The notes beneath the pieces were generated by a model. The model worked only from the letters and a program-made list of their open reading frames with translations. It did no database searches and was not told the origin of the DNA. From a bacterium (lineage in GTDB: Bacteria; Patescibacteriota; Patescibacteriia; UBA9570): 64,000 nucleotides of DNA. Each line of letters opens with the position of its first letter. Within the stretch, counting starts at the first letter, position 1. The DNA lies in contig JAUYKW010000025.1 of NCBI GenBank assembly GCA_030698395.1, positions 4,179 to 68,178 of the forward strand, in the 5' to 3' direction. Positions 41,882 through 52,906 of the stretch are shown piece by piece. The translations under genes and the position numbers were made by a program.

Positions 41882-43003
41882 CTATATATTATCTACACCA
41901 ATCGCTTCTTTGATGGAGTTAAATCCATCACGCTTTAATAGCTCTACTAAACCTTGATTTATCTCTGAAATTGACTGTGGTCCCTGAAATATCATGCCAG
42001 TAATCAATTGGACCAATGATGCACCTAGCCTAATCTTTTTATAAGCGTCATCCGCTGTAAATACACCGCCTACACCAATAATTACATACTCACCATTGGT
42101 TTTTTTATAAATATATTTTATTAATTCGTTTGATAATTCTGCTACAGCCTTTCCACTAATACCTCCTTGCTCTGAAACATTGTCATCCCTAATAAAATAA
42201 TTATCTCTTTGCTTGGTTAAATTGGTGCAAATAAAACCGTCGATTTTATAATTTTTCACTAACATAAGTATCTCATCAATTTGCGGTCGGGAAATATCTG
42301 GTGAAAGTTTCAAGAAAATCGGTTTTGATTTTTTAACTTTATCAATTTTAACTAATAATTTCTCAAGAGAAATTGAATCGGTAAAAGGTTGGCCACCGAA
42401 TGTATTGGGGCAACTAATATTTATCGTATAATAAGCACCAATTTCAGAAAACTCTTCATACGCTTTTAAGTAATCATTTATTCCTGCATCTAGCCCCACG
42501 GTTTTTTCATTATTAGTTTTCGCGATACTTATTCCAATTGGAACACTAAATCTTTTATTTCTCAACCGGTTAGCAATAACTTCAGCACCATCATTCTTTA
42601 ATCCATAATATACAACTAAACTTTTGGACTTTATTAAACGCCACAGTCTTGGTTTCGGATTTCCGTCACACGCATCTCCTGTAATTGATCCAACTTCTAC
42701 AAAACCAAAACCTACTGGCGGTAAAATATTTGTAAGCTCAGCATTCTTGTCAAAACCAGCTGCTAAACCAATCGGATTAGAAAAATTAATTCCTAAAATC
42801 TCCTGCTTCAAAGATGGATGTGAGTAATAAAAAAGCAATTTTACAAAACGCCGCATTATTACATTAGTTCCAAAAAATTTTCCAAACACTAATATTCTAT
42901 CGTGAACCTTTTCTGGATCAATCTGAAAGAATATTGGCTTTAATATACCGATGTAAATAAATCTAATTATTATATTTCTTAGCTTGATTATCCTTTCCTT
43001 CAT
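41882..43003 (-). CDS. pyrD: dihydroorotate dehydrogenase (class 2, quinone-dependent)
   Basis: [44 protein letters not shown] motifs. Start set at MKERI because the longer ORF overlaps hisIE. Confidence 0.85.
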   Translation of the reverse strand: MKERIIKLRNIIIRFIYIGILKPIFFQIDPEKVHDRILVFGKFFGTNVIMRRFVKLLFYYSHPSLKQEILGINFSNPIGLAAGFDKNAELTNILPPVGFGFVEVGSITGDACDGNPKPRLWRLIKSKSLVVYYGLKNDGAEVIANRLRNKRFSVPIGISIAKTNNEKTVGLDAGINDYLKAYEEFSEIGAYYTINISCPNTFGGQPFTDSISLEKLLVKIDKVKKSKPIFLKLSPDISRPQIDEILMLVKNYKIDGFICTNLTKQRDNYFIRDDNVSEQGGISGKAVAELSNELIKYIYKKTNGEYVIIGVGGVFTADDAYKKIRLGASLVQLITGMIFQGPQSISEINQGLVELLKRDGFNSIKEAIGVDNI

Positions 43004-43580
43004 TATTTTTTCTACTTGCCAACTCTTTAAGTATTTGTTGCCATGATACATCACGTTGTACCAGTAGCACAAGTAGGTGATATATAACGTCAGTGACCTC
43101 TTCAATTACACGTTTTTTTGATTCCTGTAATGCAGCCATTGTCACTTCTGATGATTCCTCAATAACTTTTGCACAAATTTCTTCTGTACCTGCATTAAAT
43201 AATGAAGCGGTATACGAACCAATTGGTAACTCAACCTTGCGATTTAATAGTAACTGAAACAGTTCATCTATAATGTTAGCAGTAGAATTACCAAAACATG
43301 ACATATTACCTGTATGACATACAGAACCAGCCGGCTTAACTTTTATCAATATAGCATCTTGATCACAATCTGGATTAATAGTTACAACATCTAAAACATT
43401 ACCGCTAACTTCACCTTTCATCCATAATCTTTCTTTGGATCGACTATAAAACCATACTTGCCCAGTTTCTATAGTTTTATCAAGAGCTATCTTATTCATA
43501 TATCCCAGCATTAACACTTCTCCAGTAATATCGTTCTGGATAATAGCTGGTATTAATCTTTTATTAAAATCTATATTCAT
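42963..43580 (-). CDS. hisIE: bifunctional phosphoribosyl-AMP cyclohydrolase / phosphoribosyl-ATP pyrophosphatase
   Basis: [18 protein letters not shown]...[10 protein letters not shown]...CHTG (HisI) plus a C-terminal HisE-like helical domain. Confidence 0.85.
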   Translation of the reverse strand: MNIDFNKRLIPAIIQNDITGEVLMLGYMNKIALDKTIETGQVWFYSRSKERLWMKGEVSGNVLDVVTINPDCDQDAILIKVKPAGSVCHTGNMSCFGNSTANIIDELFQLLLNRKVELPIGSYTASLFNAGTEEICAKVIEESSEVTMAALQESKKRVIEEVTDVIYHLLVLLVQRDVSWQQILKELASRKNNEGKDNQAKKYNN

Positions 43581-45061
43581 ATTCTTACTTTTATGTTATT
43601 AGCTAACAAATACTTTTTTAATCGCTGTATATCTATTCCTCTGGAATGAAACACACTAGCTGCTAAAGCTGCGTCCACATCGGTTCTACTAAAAACATCT
43701 AAGAAGTCTCCTGATTTTCCAACTCCACTTGATGCAATTATTGGAATATTTACAGCCGTGCTAATTGTTTGCATTAGCGCCAAATCGTATCCTTGCTTAG
43801 TGCCATCACGATCTAAAGAATTTACTAATAACTCACCCGCACCTAGACGCTCCATTTTTCTGGCAAATTTAATCGCATCTATACCCGTAGCCTCTCTACC
43901 ACCCTTTATATATATCTCCCAACTATCACCAACTTGTTTTGAGTCAATCGATATTACAATACACTGAGTACCAAATCTCTCTGCTGCTTGCTTCACAAAA
44001 TCCGAATTAGTTACAGCTGTAGATCCAATAGAAACTTTATCAGCACCAAATTTTAATAATCTGCCAATATCTTCAAGAATTCTAATGCCCCCTCCTACGG
44101 TAAATGGAATATTAATCTGTGCTGCCACTTTTTCTACCAACTCATATAGTGTTAATCGATTTTCAATCGTAGCTGTAATATCAAGGAACACCAATTCATC
44201 AGCGCCTTTGTTAGAATACAACTTGGCTAACTCCACTGGATCACCAGCATCTTGTAATTGTTTAAAGTTAATTCCTTTTACAACGCGTCCATCTGCAATA
44301 TCCATACAAGGAATGATTCTTTTAGTTAAATTACTCACAGCATCTTTCCTAAACGAATCAGCCTCAAGTTGAAACTGAGAAATTCTACCTTCATATATAG
44401 CTTTACCAATAATTACTCCATCCAAACCTGCTTGTTCGCATCTCTGGATATCTACATCATTTGCTACACCCCCGGCAATCATCACCTTCATGTTGCCAAT
44501 CTCCGCTCTGCGCACTAATTCTATATTTGGTCCTGCTAACATGCCGTCTTTTGATACGTCGGTAATTATCAACTCACGTACACCTAGCATATAAATTCTC
44601 TTAACGGCTTGATTTAGCGAAAGCTCTGAACTGTCCATCCATCCCTCAATAACTACTTCATCCTCCTTTATATCTAAAGATACAACTATTCTTTCAGCGC
44701 CGTATTTTTTAAGCAAGCGTGCAACTAACTCAGGCTGTTTGATTGCTGCTGTTCCAATTATTATCCGATCCACTCTATTATCAAGATACTGTTGAGCAGT
44801 CCGCAAATCACGAACACCACCTCCAACTTGCACTGGAATTGACAATATATCAACAATCTCACAAATTAGATCAGCATTTATTGATCGTCCGAGTCTAGCT
44901 CCATCTAAATCAATTATGTGAATCATTGTTGCACCTTGTTGTTCAAAACTCTTTGCTATTCGAATGGGATCATCAAAATATTTTTTCTTGCAATTATAAT
45001 TGCCTTGCGTTAATCGTACACATTTACCATCTATTAAATCTATTGCTGGAATTACTTTCAT
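43577..45061 (-). CDS. HisA-HisF fusion: ProFAR isomerase fused to imidazole glycerol phosphate synthase cyclase subunit
   Basis: N-terminal [22 protein letters not shown] (HisA) and a second (beta-alpha)8 half beginning [16 protein letters not shown]...[12 protein letters not shown] (HisF), in one 494-aa ORF. Confidence 0.8.
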   Translation of the reverse strand: MKVIPAIDLIDGKCVRLTQGNYNCKKKYFDDPIRIAKSFEQQGATMIHIIDLDGARLGRSINADLICEIVDILSIPVQVGGGVRDLRTAQQYLDNRVDRIIIGTAAIKQPELVARLLKKYGAERIVVSLDIKEDEVVIEGWMDSSELSLNQAVKRIYMLGVRELIITDVSKDGMLAGPNIELVRRAEIGNMKVMIAGGVANDVDIQRCEQAGLDGVIIGKAIYEGRISQFQLEADSFRKDAVSNLTKRIIPCMDIADGRVVKGINFKQLQDAGDPVELAKLYSNKGADELVFLDITATIENRLTLYELVEKVAAQINIPFTVGGGIRILEDIGRLLKFGADKVSIGSTAVTNSDFVKQAAERFGTQCIVISIDSKQVGDSWEIYIKGGREATGIDAIKFARKMERLGAGELLVNSLDRDGTKQGYDLALMQTISTAVNIPIIASSGVGKSGDFLDVFSRTDVDAALAASVFHSRGIDIQRLKKYLLANNIKVRI

Positions 45062-45636
45062 AAATTTAGAAAATTATTTAATAACTGTTGCCCCACACTG
45101 CCAGATTTCTCGGGATGGAACTGAACCCCAAAATAATTATCTTGCTTAATTACTGCTGAGAAATGCTTACCATATAATGTTGATCCTATTGTTTTGCTAA
45201 TTACCGGAACATAATATGAATGTACAAAATAGAAATAGCTTTTATTTGGTATATCAGAAAACAACGGATCATCATTTATTTCTGCTACAACATTCCAGCC
45301 AATCTGCGGCACCTTTAAGCTAGTAAATTTTTTAGTACTTCCTTTTATAATACCCAAACATTCAATCTCATCTTCAGCTGAAGATTGCATTAATAATTGC
45401 ATACCCAAACAAATTCCAAGTAATGGCTGTTTCAATTCACGAATAACCCAAACTAAATCTAGCTCCTGCAATTCTTTCATAGCTGGCTTAGCACGACCGA
45501 CTCCTGGCAGAATTACTTTGTCTGCTTGCCGGATGCTGTCCGGATCAGCGGTAATAATGTACTGCTGACCCAGACGATCCAATGCTGCTGACAACGAAGC
45601 AATGTTTCCTGATTTATAGTCTATAATTGCAATCAT
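45058..45636 (-). CDS. hisH: imidazole glycerol phosphate synthase, glutamine amidotransferase subunit
   Basis: MIAIIDYKSGN, GICLGMQ and HPE triad motifs. Confidence 0.9.
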   Translation of the reverse strand: MIAIIDYKSGNIASLSAALDRLGQQYIITADPDSIRQADKVILPGVGRAKPAMKELQELDLVWVIRELKQPLLGICLGMQLLMQSSAEDEIECLGIIKGSTKKFTSLKVPQIGWNVVAEINDDPLFSDIPNKSYFYFVHSYYVPVISKTIGSTLYGKHFSAVIKQDNYFGVQFHPEKSGSVGQQLLNNFLNL

Positions 45637-45665
45637 ATTTTCATGGTACGGTCAATCGACCGCAC

Positions 45666-46259
45666 TTACAGTTTATTTTTAGTTGAAGGTAACTGATTTT
45701 TAGCTCGTTCTTCTATTTCACAAGCTTCACGCAAAGCTCGAGCAAACGATTTAAAGATAGCTTCTAATCTATGATGTTCATTCCTGCCAGAATTCAAAAA
45801 CTGAATGTGTAAATTCATTTTTGCCTCGAGCGCAACTTGTTGCATAAAATGCCATAACATTTCAGTTGGAAAATCATTAACTTTTTCTCGCACTGGCTGA
45901 TAATTATCTTCATAAGCAAATCTTCCTGCCAAATCCACTGCTGTTAAACACAATACCTCGTCCATCGGCAATATTTGAGAGCCATAACGCTTAATGCCCT
46001 TCTTATTGCCAATTGCTTTATTAATTGCTTGTCCTAACACTATTCCAACGTCCTCAATAATGTGATGATCATCATACTCAACATCTCCTGTTGCCTTAAT
46101 AGTCAGGTCAAATAAGCCATGCTTGGAGAATAGCTCTAACATATGGTTAAAAAAACCAATCGGTGTATCTATTTGATATTTTCCGATGCCATCTAAATCC
46201 AACTCCAATTTAATTTGGGTTTCTTTAGTGGTGCGTTCAATTTTTGCTGTTCTGCTCAT
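45666..46259 (-). CDS. hisB: imidazoleglycerol-phosphate dehydratase
   Basis: RTAKIERTTKETQI...DDHHIIED motifs. Confidence 0.9.
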   Translation of the reverse strand: MSRTAKIERTTKETQIKLELDLDGIGKYQIDTPIGFFNHMLELFSKHGLFDLTIKATGDVEYDDHHIIEDVGIVLGQAINKAIGNKKGIKRYGSQILPMDEVLCLTAVDLAGRFAYEDNYQPVREKVNDFPTEMLWHFMQQVALEAKMNLHIQFLNSGRNEHHRLEAIFKSFARALREACEIEERAKNQLPSTKNKL

Positions 46260-46741
46260 AGTGGTAATCTATTTATATTCATAGGTGAGTTGGTTTCTGT
46301 TTTAATAAATTTTATTTTTAAGTTTTTAGCAAACTCTCCATCCGATTCCCGATCACCATACATGAATGATCTTTCTTCATCGATCTCATTGTCCTTTATC
46401 CATTCTTCCACCAAACCAAGCTTTGGCTTTCTACAAACACAACTATCTCTGAGGAAGTGCGGACATATAAATATCTCTGCAAATTCAATTTTATTCTCTA
46501 AAAAAATTTCCAACATTCTATTTTGCGGAACCAAAAATTTTTCTTCTGGAAATGAATCAGTACCTCTACCATCTTGATTTGATATCATCACTAACTTAAA
46601 TCCAACCGTAATTAATTTCTGCAATCCATCAATTACACCATTTAAAATTTTTAGCTTTTTCAAACTATCAATTTGATAATCATCTTGGGGTTCAAAAATC
46701 AATGCTCCATCTCGATCTAAAAATGCATATGCTTGTTTCAT
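46256..46741 (-). CDS. HAD-IIIA family phosphatase (histidinol-phosphatase-type)
   Basis: AFLDRDG HAD motif I; sits inside the his operon. Confidence 0.7.
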   Translation of the reverse strand: MKQAYAFLDRDGALIFEPQDDYQIDSLKKLKILNGVIDGLQKLITVGFKLVMISNQDGRGTDSFPEEKFLVPQNRMLEIFLENKIEFAEIFICPHFLRDSCVCRKPKLGLVEEWIKDNEIDEERSFMYGDRESDGEFAKNLKIKFIKTETNSPMNINRLPL

Positions 46742-47796
46742 AATATTTTCTCTTTATATATTTCAATAAATTTTGTCATTTGTTCTTTAGTACCTATCGT
46801 CACTCGTAATGTACTATCAATGTTTACGCCTTTTCGTGGACGAATGAGAAATCCATATTTTTTGAGTTTCTCAAACGTCTCCATGGGATTGTTTGGCCGA
46901 AATAATATAAAGTTACCAGCACTCTGATGCCACTGAATCTTATTTTTTGTAAAGAACTGTTCTACCATTAGCTTGGCTTCTGTCATAACTTCCTGCACAT
47001 ACGCTTTAACATTATCTATATCATCCAGCGCAGCTCGAGCCGCATAATAACCAGCCATATTCACATCATATGGCCCTCGCACCTTTATTAGTTCAGCAAC
47101 ATTTTCACAGTTTCCAACCACATAGCCGATACGCAAACCCCCTAAACCAAAGGCTTTTGAAAAAGTTCGTACACAAATAATGTTCGGGTATTTTTTTGTT
47201 AATTCTATAGCAGAAACTCCAGAAAATTCTGCGTATACTTCATCAACCAATACCATTGTTTGAGGATTAGCTAAAACAATTTCTTCAATCTGCTGTATAG
47301 AAGCTAATGAACCAGTTGGATTATTAGGATTGCAAATAACGATTAATGCAGTATCATTATTAATTTTATTAATAATTTCTTTTACAGGAAATGATAAATC
47401 TTTTCGATAAGGTATTTCAATAATTTTATTACCAACAACACCAGCACATTGATAAAACATTGCGAAGCTAGGAGATGGAATTATTACTTGATCACCCTTT
47501 TCTGTATATGTTCGAAATATCAATTCAATCCCTTGATCTGCTCCATTTGTAAGCATCACCATTTCGTTTTCCACGCCAATATACTCTGCGATCTTTTCTT
47601 CTAGATCAAAGTATTCAGGATACACTTGTAATTTATCCTGAGACACAAATTTCTTTAGCGCTTCTATTACAGCATCACTTGGCGAGATAGTGCGCTCATT
47701 GAAATCCAATAACACTCCATCATAAGCCGCCCTACCAGCCAACGGTGGTTGGTAGGGTTTTATCTTTTGAATATTTTTATTAGCTAGATTTTTCAT
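46738..47796 (-). CDS. hisC: histidinol-phosphate aminotransferase
   Basis: Class II aminotransferase fold with KAFGLGGLRIGY (PLP-Lys). Start set at MKNLANK; the ORF extends to 47877 and overlaps hisD. Confidence 0.85.
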   Translation of the reverse strand: MKNLANKNIQKIKPYQPPLAGRAAYDGVLLDFNERTISPSDAVIEALKKFVSQDKLQVYPEYFDLEEKIAEYIGVENEMVMLTNGADQGIELIFRTYTEKGDQVIIPSPSFAMFYQCAGVVGNKIIEIPYRKDLSFPVKEIINKINNDTALIVICNPNNPTGSLASIQQIEEIVLANPQTMVLVDEVYAEFSGVSAIELTKKYPNIICVRTFSKAFGLGGLRIGYVVGNCENVAELIKVRGPYDVNMAGYYAARAALDDIDNVKAYVQEVMTEAKLMVEQFFTKNKIQWHQSAGNFILFRPNNPMETFEKLKKYGFLIRPRKGVNIDSTLRVTIGTKEQMTKFIEIYKEKIL

Positions 47797-47803
47797 AATG
47801 TTA

Positions 47804-49105
47804 TTAATTATTTTCGAAACGAACTGAGCATGAATATTTATGTGCTGGCAATTGTTCAACCTCTGCAAATATTTCAATGCTCTGCCGAATTTCTGTAAGT
47901 CCTTTTACTGTAACTTGTTGATACTCAACTGCCTTCATAAAATCGTATATTGATAAGCTAGAAAACATTTTAGCAGCTCCACCTGTTGGCAACACATGAT
48001 TTGCACCAGTCGCATAATCTCCAGCAGATTTACAAGCATACTCTCCAATAAACACTGAACCTGCATTAGTAACTTGTTCTGCTATATTGGATGCATCTTT
48101 TGTTGATATTAAAATATGTTCCGCAGCGTATTCATTTGCAAATTCAAGTGCCTTTTTCATGTTTTTTGCAACTATAATTGCTCCAAATTTCTCTAAAGAT
48201 TCCTTTATTCTTTGCTGAGTAGTAAACCGAGGTATTATTCGCTCTAATTCCTCAGCAACTTGCTCTGCCAAAACTGAAGATGTTGTTACTAACACAGCCG
48301 CAGAGTCATTACCATGTTCAGCATCACAAACTAAGTCTGCGGCTACATACTTCGGATTCGCTGTTTCATCAGCTAATACCAATACTTCTGATGGACCAGC
48401 TGGTGAATCAATAGCAACCTCACCGTTCGCTGCAGCTAATTGCTTTGCAGCGACGACATATGTATTTCCGGGGCCAAATATCTTATACACCTTAGGCATG
48501 CTCTCAGTTCCATAAATTAATGCTGCAATAGCTTGGGCCCCTCCAATTTTATATATCTCTTTCACTCCGACCAAATCTGCCGCCACTAAAACATACGGAG
48601 ATATCGAGCCATCATTTTGAGGTGGAGTAGTCATCACTATCTGTTTGCAATCCGCCACTTTTGCTGGAATGGCATTCATCAACACTGATGATGGATATAC
48701 CGCATTACCGCCCGGTACGTATAAACCAACTTTTTCAATTGGTTTCCATTCCTGCCAAACAGTTATACCGCTACGAGGCATAACAGTAGTATGTTTCATT
48801 TGTAATAACTGCTGTTCAGCAACTCCTCTGATATTACGACTAGCTACTTCCAGTGCTTTTAAAAAATCCGCATTAACTAGTTCATATGCTATTTTTATTT
48901 CCTTATCACTTACTCGAAAATTTGAAATATCAATGTTATCAAAATCTTTTGTATATTTCCTTAAAGCTTGATCACCATCACGCTTAACATTATCTAAAAT
49001 ATCTTGCACGACTGACAATACAGAATCATAACTAAATCTACTTCGCTGCATAATAACTTGATAGCGATCGGATTTTATAAATTGGTCAAAAGTTTGTACT
49101 TTCAT
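47804..49105 (-). CDS. hisD: histidinol dehydrogenase
   Basis: 433 aa; conserved HisD core (GPGNTYVVAAK, CDAEHG region). Confidence 0.9.
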   Translation of the reverse strand: MKVQTFDQFIKSDRYQVIMQRSRFSYDSVLSVVQDILDNVKRDGDQALRKYTKDFDNIDISNFRVSDKEIKIAYELVNADFLKALEVASRNIRGVAEQQLLQMKHTTVMPRSGITVWQEWKPIEKVGLYVPGGNAVYPSSVLMNAIPAKVADCKQIVMTTPPQNDGSISPYVLVAADLVGVKEIYKIGGAQAIAALIYGTESMPKVYKIFGPGNTYVVAAKQLAAANGEVAIDSPAGPSEVLVLADETANPKYVAADLVCDAEHGNDSAAVLVTTSSVLAEQVAEELERIIPRFTTQQRIKESLEKFGAIIVAKNMKKALEFANEYAAEHILISTKDASNIAEQVTNAGSVFIGEYACKSAGDYATGANHVLPTGGAAKMFSSLSIYDFMKAVEYQQVTVKGLTEIRQSIEIFAEVEQLPAHKYSCSVRFENN

Positions 49106-49719
49106 AAATCTATATTGACGGAGTTCATTGGACTTCTCACTAATACTGCCTGAGATTGCATGACTGTGACTATTGGACGCAACTGGTGCGCTTGTAACGT
49201 TTTACCAGTCTGTACCAAATCACATACTGCATCTGCAACACCAAGTTGAGGTGCCACTTCTACCGATCCCTCCATTTTTATTATTTCTACTTTAACACCC
49301 AATCTATCTAAAAAAGTCTGCAACAACCTCGGATATGACGTTGCTATTCGCTTCCCCCTGAGATTTATTGCGCTTTTAAACTTGGAGTGTTCGGGTACGG
49401 CAATCAATAGTTCGCATTTTCCAAAACCAAGTTTCTTAACCACCTGTAAAGGACTGGCTTTTTCATATAAAACATTCTCGCCAACTATGCCAAAATCAGC
49501 AGCGCCTCGCAATACATATTCAGGAATATCATCGTCGCGTAGAAATAATACTTGCGCCCCTGTATTATCACAGCTAGCTATCAACTTAATCTGCTCACTG
49601 TTAACACTAATGCCTAAAGTACGAAGTATTTTTTCGCTGGGCTGACGCAATCTGCCCTTCCGTTGTATAGCAATTGTCATTGTTGATTCAATTGTTTTAA
49701 TTTGTGGTAAATAATTCAT
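49102..49719 (-). CDS. hisG: ATP phosphoribosyltransferase (short form)
   Basis: TIAIQRKGRL...DFGIVGENVL motifs; the alternative start MTIAIQ at 49680 is likely. Confidence 0.85.
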   Translation of the reverse strand: MNYLPQIKTIESTMTIAIQRKGRLRQPSEKILRTLGISVNSEQIKLIASCDNTGAQVLFLRDDDIPEYVLRGAADFGIVGENVLYEKASPLQVVKKLGFGKCELLIAVPEHSKFKSAINLRGKRIATSYPRLLQTFLDRLGVKVEIIKMEGSVEVAPQLGVADAVCDLVQTGKTLQAHQLRPIVTVMQSQAVLVRSPMNSVNIDL

Positions 49720-49720
49720 A

Positions 49721-49747
49721 AATAATTTTTTATTAAAAAATCCCGCT
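49721..49747 (-). terminator. hairpin (tcccgc-tattct-gcggga) + U-run between yerC and hisG; possible terminator/attenuator
   Basis: 6-bp GC-rich stem, then TTTTTT on the minus strand. Confidence 0.5.
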
Positions 49748-49785
49748 ATTCTGCGGGATGGGGTGAATACAAATTCTGTTGTGCT

Positions 49786-50076
49786 TTAGGATTTCATTCT
49801 ATCCAGCACTAACTTGTACCCACCCATACCATGATGCAAATACTGCGCAACTCGAGTTATTGTAGCTGTGCTAACACTAGTTGCTTTACTGATGTCTCGA
49901 TAAGTTTTTTTTGCATTAACCTGTTTTGCAACCTGAAATCTCTCACTCATTGCATCCAATTCAGACAATGTGCAAAGATCACGTAAAAAACGTTTACATT
50001 CATCAGATGTTTTTACTTGAAGAAAAGCTTTATATAAATCCTTCATCTCTTTATTGTTCAACTGTGGTTCAATCAT
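49786..50076 (-). CDS. TrpR-like YerC/YecD family DNA-binding protein
   Basis: LYKAFL...CKRFLRDLCT..EL..MSERFQVAK...TYRDISKATSVSTATITRV matches the YerC/YecD family. Confidence 0.7.
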   Translation of the reverse strand: MIEPQLNNKEMKDLYKAFLQVKTSDECKRFLRDLCTLSELDAMSERFQVAKQVNAKKTYRDISKATSVSTATITRVAQYLHHGMGGYKLVLDRMKS

Positions 50077-50185
50077 ATACTTTAATTATTTGTATTAGCG
50101 TATTAAAACACTACTACATAGTATCAGATAGAATATTTATGTCAAGTAGCTTGCCATATTTAGCTAAACATAGCAAAATAAAACT

Positions 50186-50410
50186 ATGTTTAAAGTAATT
50201 GGTATTCTCGGCCTAATTTTTATTATTGCTGGCATTGTATTAAAAAGCAGGCAATCTAGAAATATTGTTTATATTATTGGTGGTATTTGTTTAACAATTT
50301 ATAGCATTGCAATCAACGATATTATTTTTATCGTCTTGCAAGTTGTTTTCACAGGTGTAACAATCTTTGACCTTATTTGGTCAGCGAAAAAAAATAAAAT
50401 TAAAAGCTAA
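50186..50410 (+). CDS. small two-TM membrane protein
   Basis: 74-aa hydrophobic ORF. Confidence 0.3.
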   Translation: MFKVIGILGLIFIIAGIVLKSRQSRNIVYIIGGICLTIYSIAINDIIFIVLQVVFTGVTIFDLIWSAKKNKIKS

Positions 50411-51330
50411 TCTTCAAGAGACTCTACAAATTTAATAACTTCCATACTAGCTCTACAACCTTCACCAGCTGCGCTGATGGCTTGTCGATATCTTTCATCG
50501 GCACAATCTCCAGCAAAAAATACTCCAGAGACACTTGTTGTCATTAAATCATTTGTTTTAATATATCCAGATTCTAAAAGCTCTACTTGATCCTTAAATA
50601 TTTCTGTATTTGGAGTATGTCCAATAGCTAGAAATACAGCATCAATATTTTTTTCTGATTCTTCGCCAGTTTTTTTATTCCTCAACATTATAGAATTTAA
50701 CTTTTCCTCACCATTAAAAGCGATAATTTCCGAATCCCAGATCACACTAATCTTATCATTATTCAATACTCTATCGGCCATAATTTTACTTGCTCTAAAT
50801 TCGTCCCGACGATGAACAATAGTTACAGAATTACAAAACTTAGTTAAAAAGTTCGCTTCTTCCATTGCAGTATCACCACCTCCCATTACTATTACATCCT
50901 TGCCTTTGTAGAAAAATCCATCACAAGTAGCACATGTTGATACTCCTTTAGCAAATAATTTGTCCTCTCCTGGCGCATTAGTTCTACGAGCACGTGCACC
51001 CGTAGCGATTATCACAGTCTTGGTTTGATATTCTGTTTCTCCTACAAACACCTTTAAAGGTTGTTGAGAAAAGTCTACTTTAGATACAGTATCACTCTTC
51101 ATTTCAGCACCGAATCTTTTTGCTTGTTTCTCCATGTCCATCATTAAAGTATTACCGTCTACTCCATCTTCATAACCTGGCCAATTTTCAATTACAGTAG
51201 TAGTTGTTAATTGTCCGCCTGGTTGCGTCCCTTTAAATACTAAGGTTTTTAAATCTCCCCGTGCAGCGTAAATTGCTGCAGTATATCCTGCGGGACCAGA
51301 TCCAATAATTATTACATCATGTATATTCAT
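50407..51330 (-). CDS. trxB: thioredoxin reductase
   Basis: GSGPAGYTAAIYAAR FAD-binding motif, CATCDG redox-active disulfide, NADPH-binding GGGDTA. Confidence 0.9.
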   Translation of the reverse strand: MNIHDVIIIGSGPAGYTAAIYAARGDLKTLVFKGTQPGGQLTTTTVIENWPGYEDGVDGNTLMMDMEKQAKRFGAEMKSDTVSKVDFSQQPLKVFVGETEYQTKTVIIATGARARRTNAPGEDKLFAKGVSTCATCDGFFYKGKDVIVMGGGDTAMEEANFLTKFCNSVTIVHRRDEFRASKIMADRVLNNDKISVIWDSEIIAFNGEEKLNSIMLRNKKTGEESEKNIDAVFLAIGHTPNTEIFKDQVELLESGYIKTNDLMTTSVSGVFFAGDCADERYRQAISAAGEGCRASMEVIKFVESLED

Positions 51331-51366
51331 ATCAATATCATTAAAATTTATTAATCAGAATTAATT

Positions 51367-52122
51367 TTATATAAAGCTTAATAAATAATCTATTATATAG
51401 TTGATAGATCCCGTAAGCATAATCAAGCCCAATATAATTATTAAACCACCGGCTATCTTCTGGACCAACATCAAATACTTTCCAAATTTTCGAATTAGCG
51501 GTAAAAATTTTGTTACCCCCATTGCCATTACAACAAAAGGTAGACCTAATCCTAAAGCAAAAGTTAATAAAAGGAAAAATCCTTCCAAAGATCCTCCAGA
51601 AAATGTTGCCAAGAATAAAATTGTGGCTAACACCGGGCCAATACAAGGCGTCCAAGCCAAACCAAATGACACACCAACAATAAAGGAGTTAGCCCATTTT
51701 GCTTTTTTGAAATGAGGTTTAAAATCTATTTTTCCTTGTTTGTATAACCACGGAACCCGAATCAACTCCATTAAAAATAATCCTAAAATAATCAAGAATA
51801 TTCCACCAATCCGTTGTAACGATGCTTTATATGTTGCTAAAAAACTACCCAACGCTCCAGTTGCCAGACCAAGTAAAACAAATATTAATAGAAAGCCAGC
51901 AACAAATAAAAGTGAGTGAAATAAAAGTTGTTTTTGATATTTCTTATGCTCTTCAGGTTTTGCATTTTTTAATTCATTAATGCCTACGCCTGTAAAAAAA
52001 CTTACATATGCAGGGATCAATGGCAAAATACACGGAGAGAAAAAAGCTATTACACCAGCAAGAAAAGCGATGCCGAATCCGACATCGCTTCCTTGAAAGT
52101 TACTGATATTTAACCAGTCCAC
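51367..52122 (-). CDS. ccdA: cytochrome c-type biogenesis / thiol-disulfide transporter CcdA (DsbD core)
   Basis: FLAGVIAFFSPCILPLIP and a second WTPCIGP Cys motif; 6 TM helices. Confidence 0.8.
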   Translation of the reverse strand: MDWLNISNFQGSDVGFGIAFLAGVIAFFSPCILPLIPAYVSFFTGVGINELKNAKPEEHKKYQKQLLFHSLLFVAGFLLIFVLLGLATGALGSFLATYKASLQRIGGIFLIILGLFLMELIRVPWLYKQGKIDFKPHFKKAKWANSFIVGVSFGLAWTPCIGPVLATILFLATFSGGSLEGFFLLLTFALGLGLPFVVMAMGVTKFLPLIRKFGKYLMLVQKIAGGLIIILGLIMLTGSINYIIDYLLSFI

Positions 52123-52132
52123 TTTCTACTAA

Positions 52133-52906
52133 TTACAAGTGTTTATCTAATACTTCAGCTATTGAAGATGCAGGTAACGCCCCTGGAATTTCTTCTAAGA
52201 TATTTCCTTCATTATCAATTACTACAGAAAAAGGAGTACCTTGTCCGCCTAATGAAGTAGCTTCACTAGAATCTTCTTTAACTCTGTCTAAATATTTTTC
52301 TGATTCTAAACAATCTGTAAACTGATCCTTATCTAAGCTAAGATCATCAGCCATTGTGAACAATTCTGTATCTGCTAATCCATCATTTGAAGTTGTACGC
52401 TCAAATATCAAATCAATATAATCCCAGAAAGAACCTTGTTCAGCTGCGCACTCAGAAGCTAATGCTTCACGTTCAGCCTTTTGATGTAAACTCTTTAGCG
52501 GTAAATGTTTATATCCCCACTTAACTTGACCATCATAATCACTCATTACTTCCGTCATAGTTTCGTGATATCTCTTACAGAATGGACATTCTGTGTCTGA
52601 GTATTCTACGATTGTAATATCTCCACTACCTTTGATGTTTCGAATTTTTTCTGGATCGATTGATCCTGATGGTGCAGCTTTAGCTACTTCAGCTGTGCCG
52701 CCATCATCGTTCTTATCAACTACTGCTGCTTTTTTTGTATCTTTTACAGAATCAGCGCCAGGAAAATCAACTTGCACTCCTTTTACCATCATAGTTAGTA
52801 GAATTAAAAAACCTAAGGCAAATGCAACGCCTGCAGTTAATAAAACGCCAGTCCAAAATGCCATGCGTGGTGGCAACTGATCCAACATGTTTTTATTTTG
52901 CTCCAT
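52133..52906 (-). CDS. DsbA-family thiol:disulfide oxidoreductase (membrane anchored)
   Basis: N-terminal TM; thioredoxin-fold CPFC active site. Confidence 0.8.
   Translation of the reverse strand: MEQNKNMLDQLPPRMAFWTGVLLTAGVAFALGFLILLTMMVKGVQVDFPGADSVKDTKKAAVVDKNDDGGTAEVAKAAPSGSIDPEKIRNIKGSGDITIVEYSDTECPFCKRYHETMTEVMSDYDGQVKWGYKHLPLKSLHQKAEREALASECAAEQGSFWDYIDLIFERTTSNDGLADTELFTMADDLSLDKDQFTDCLESEKYLDRVKEDSSEATSLGGQGTPFSVVIDNEGNILEEIPGALPASSIAEVLDKHL

Noticed and set aside
41882-43105. Longer pyrD start at 43105 ([15 protein letters not shown]...)
   Set aside because: That N-terminal extension overlaps hisIE by 143 nt and is not PyrD-like. The internal Met (MKERIIKL) aligns with the PyrD N-terminal amphipathic region, so the shorter start is preferred.
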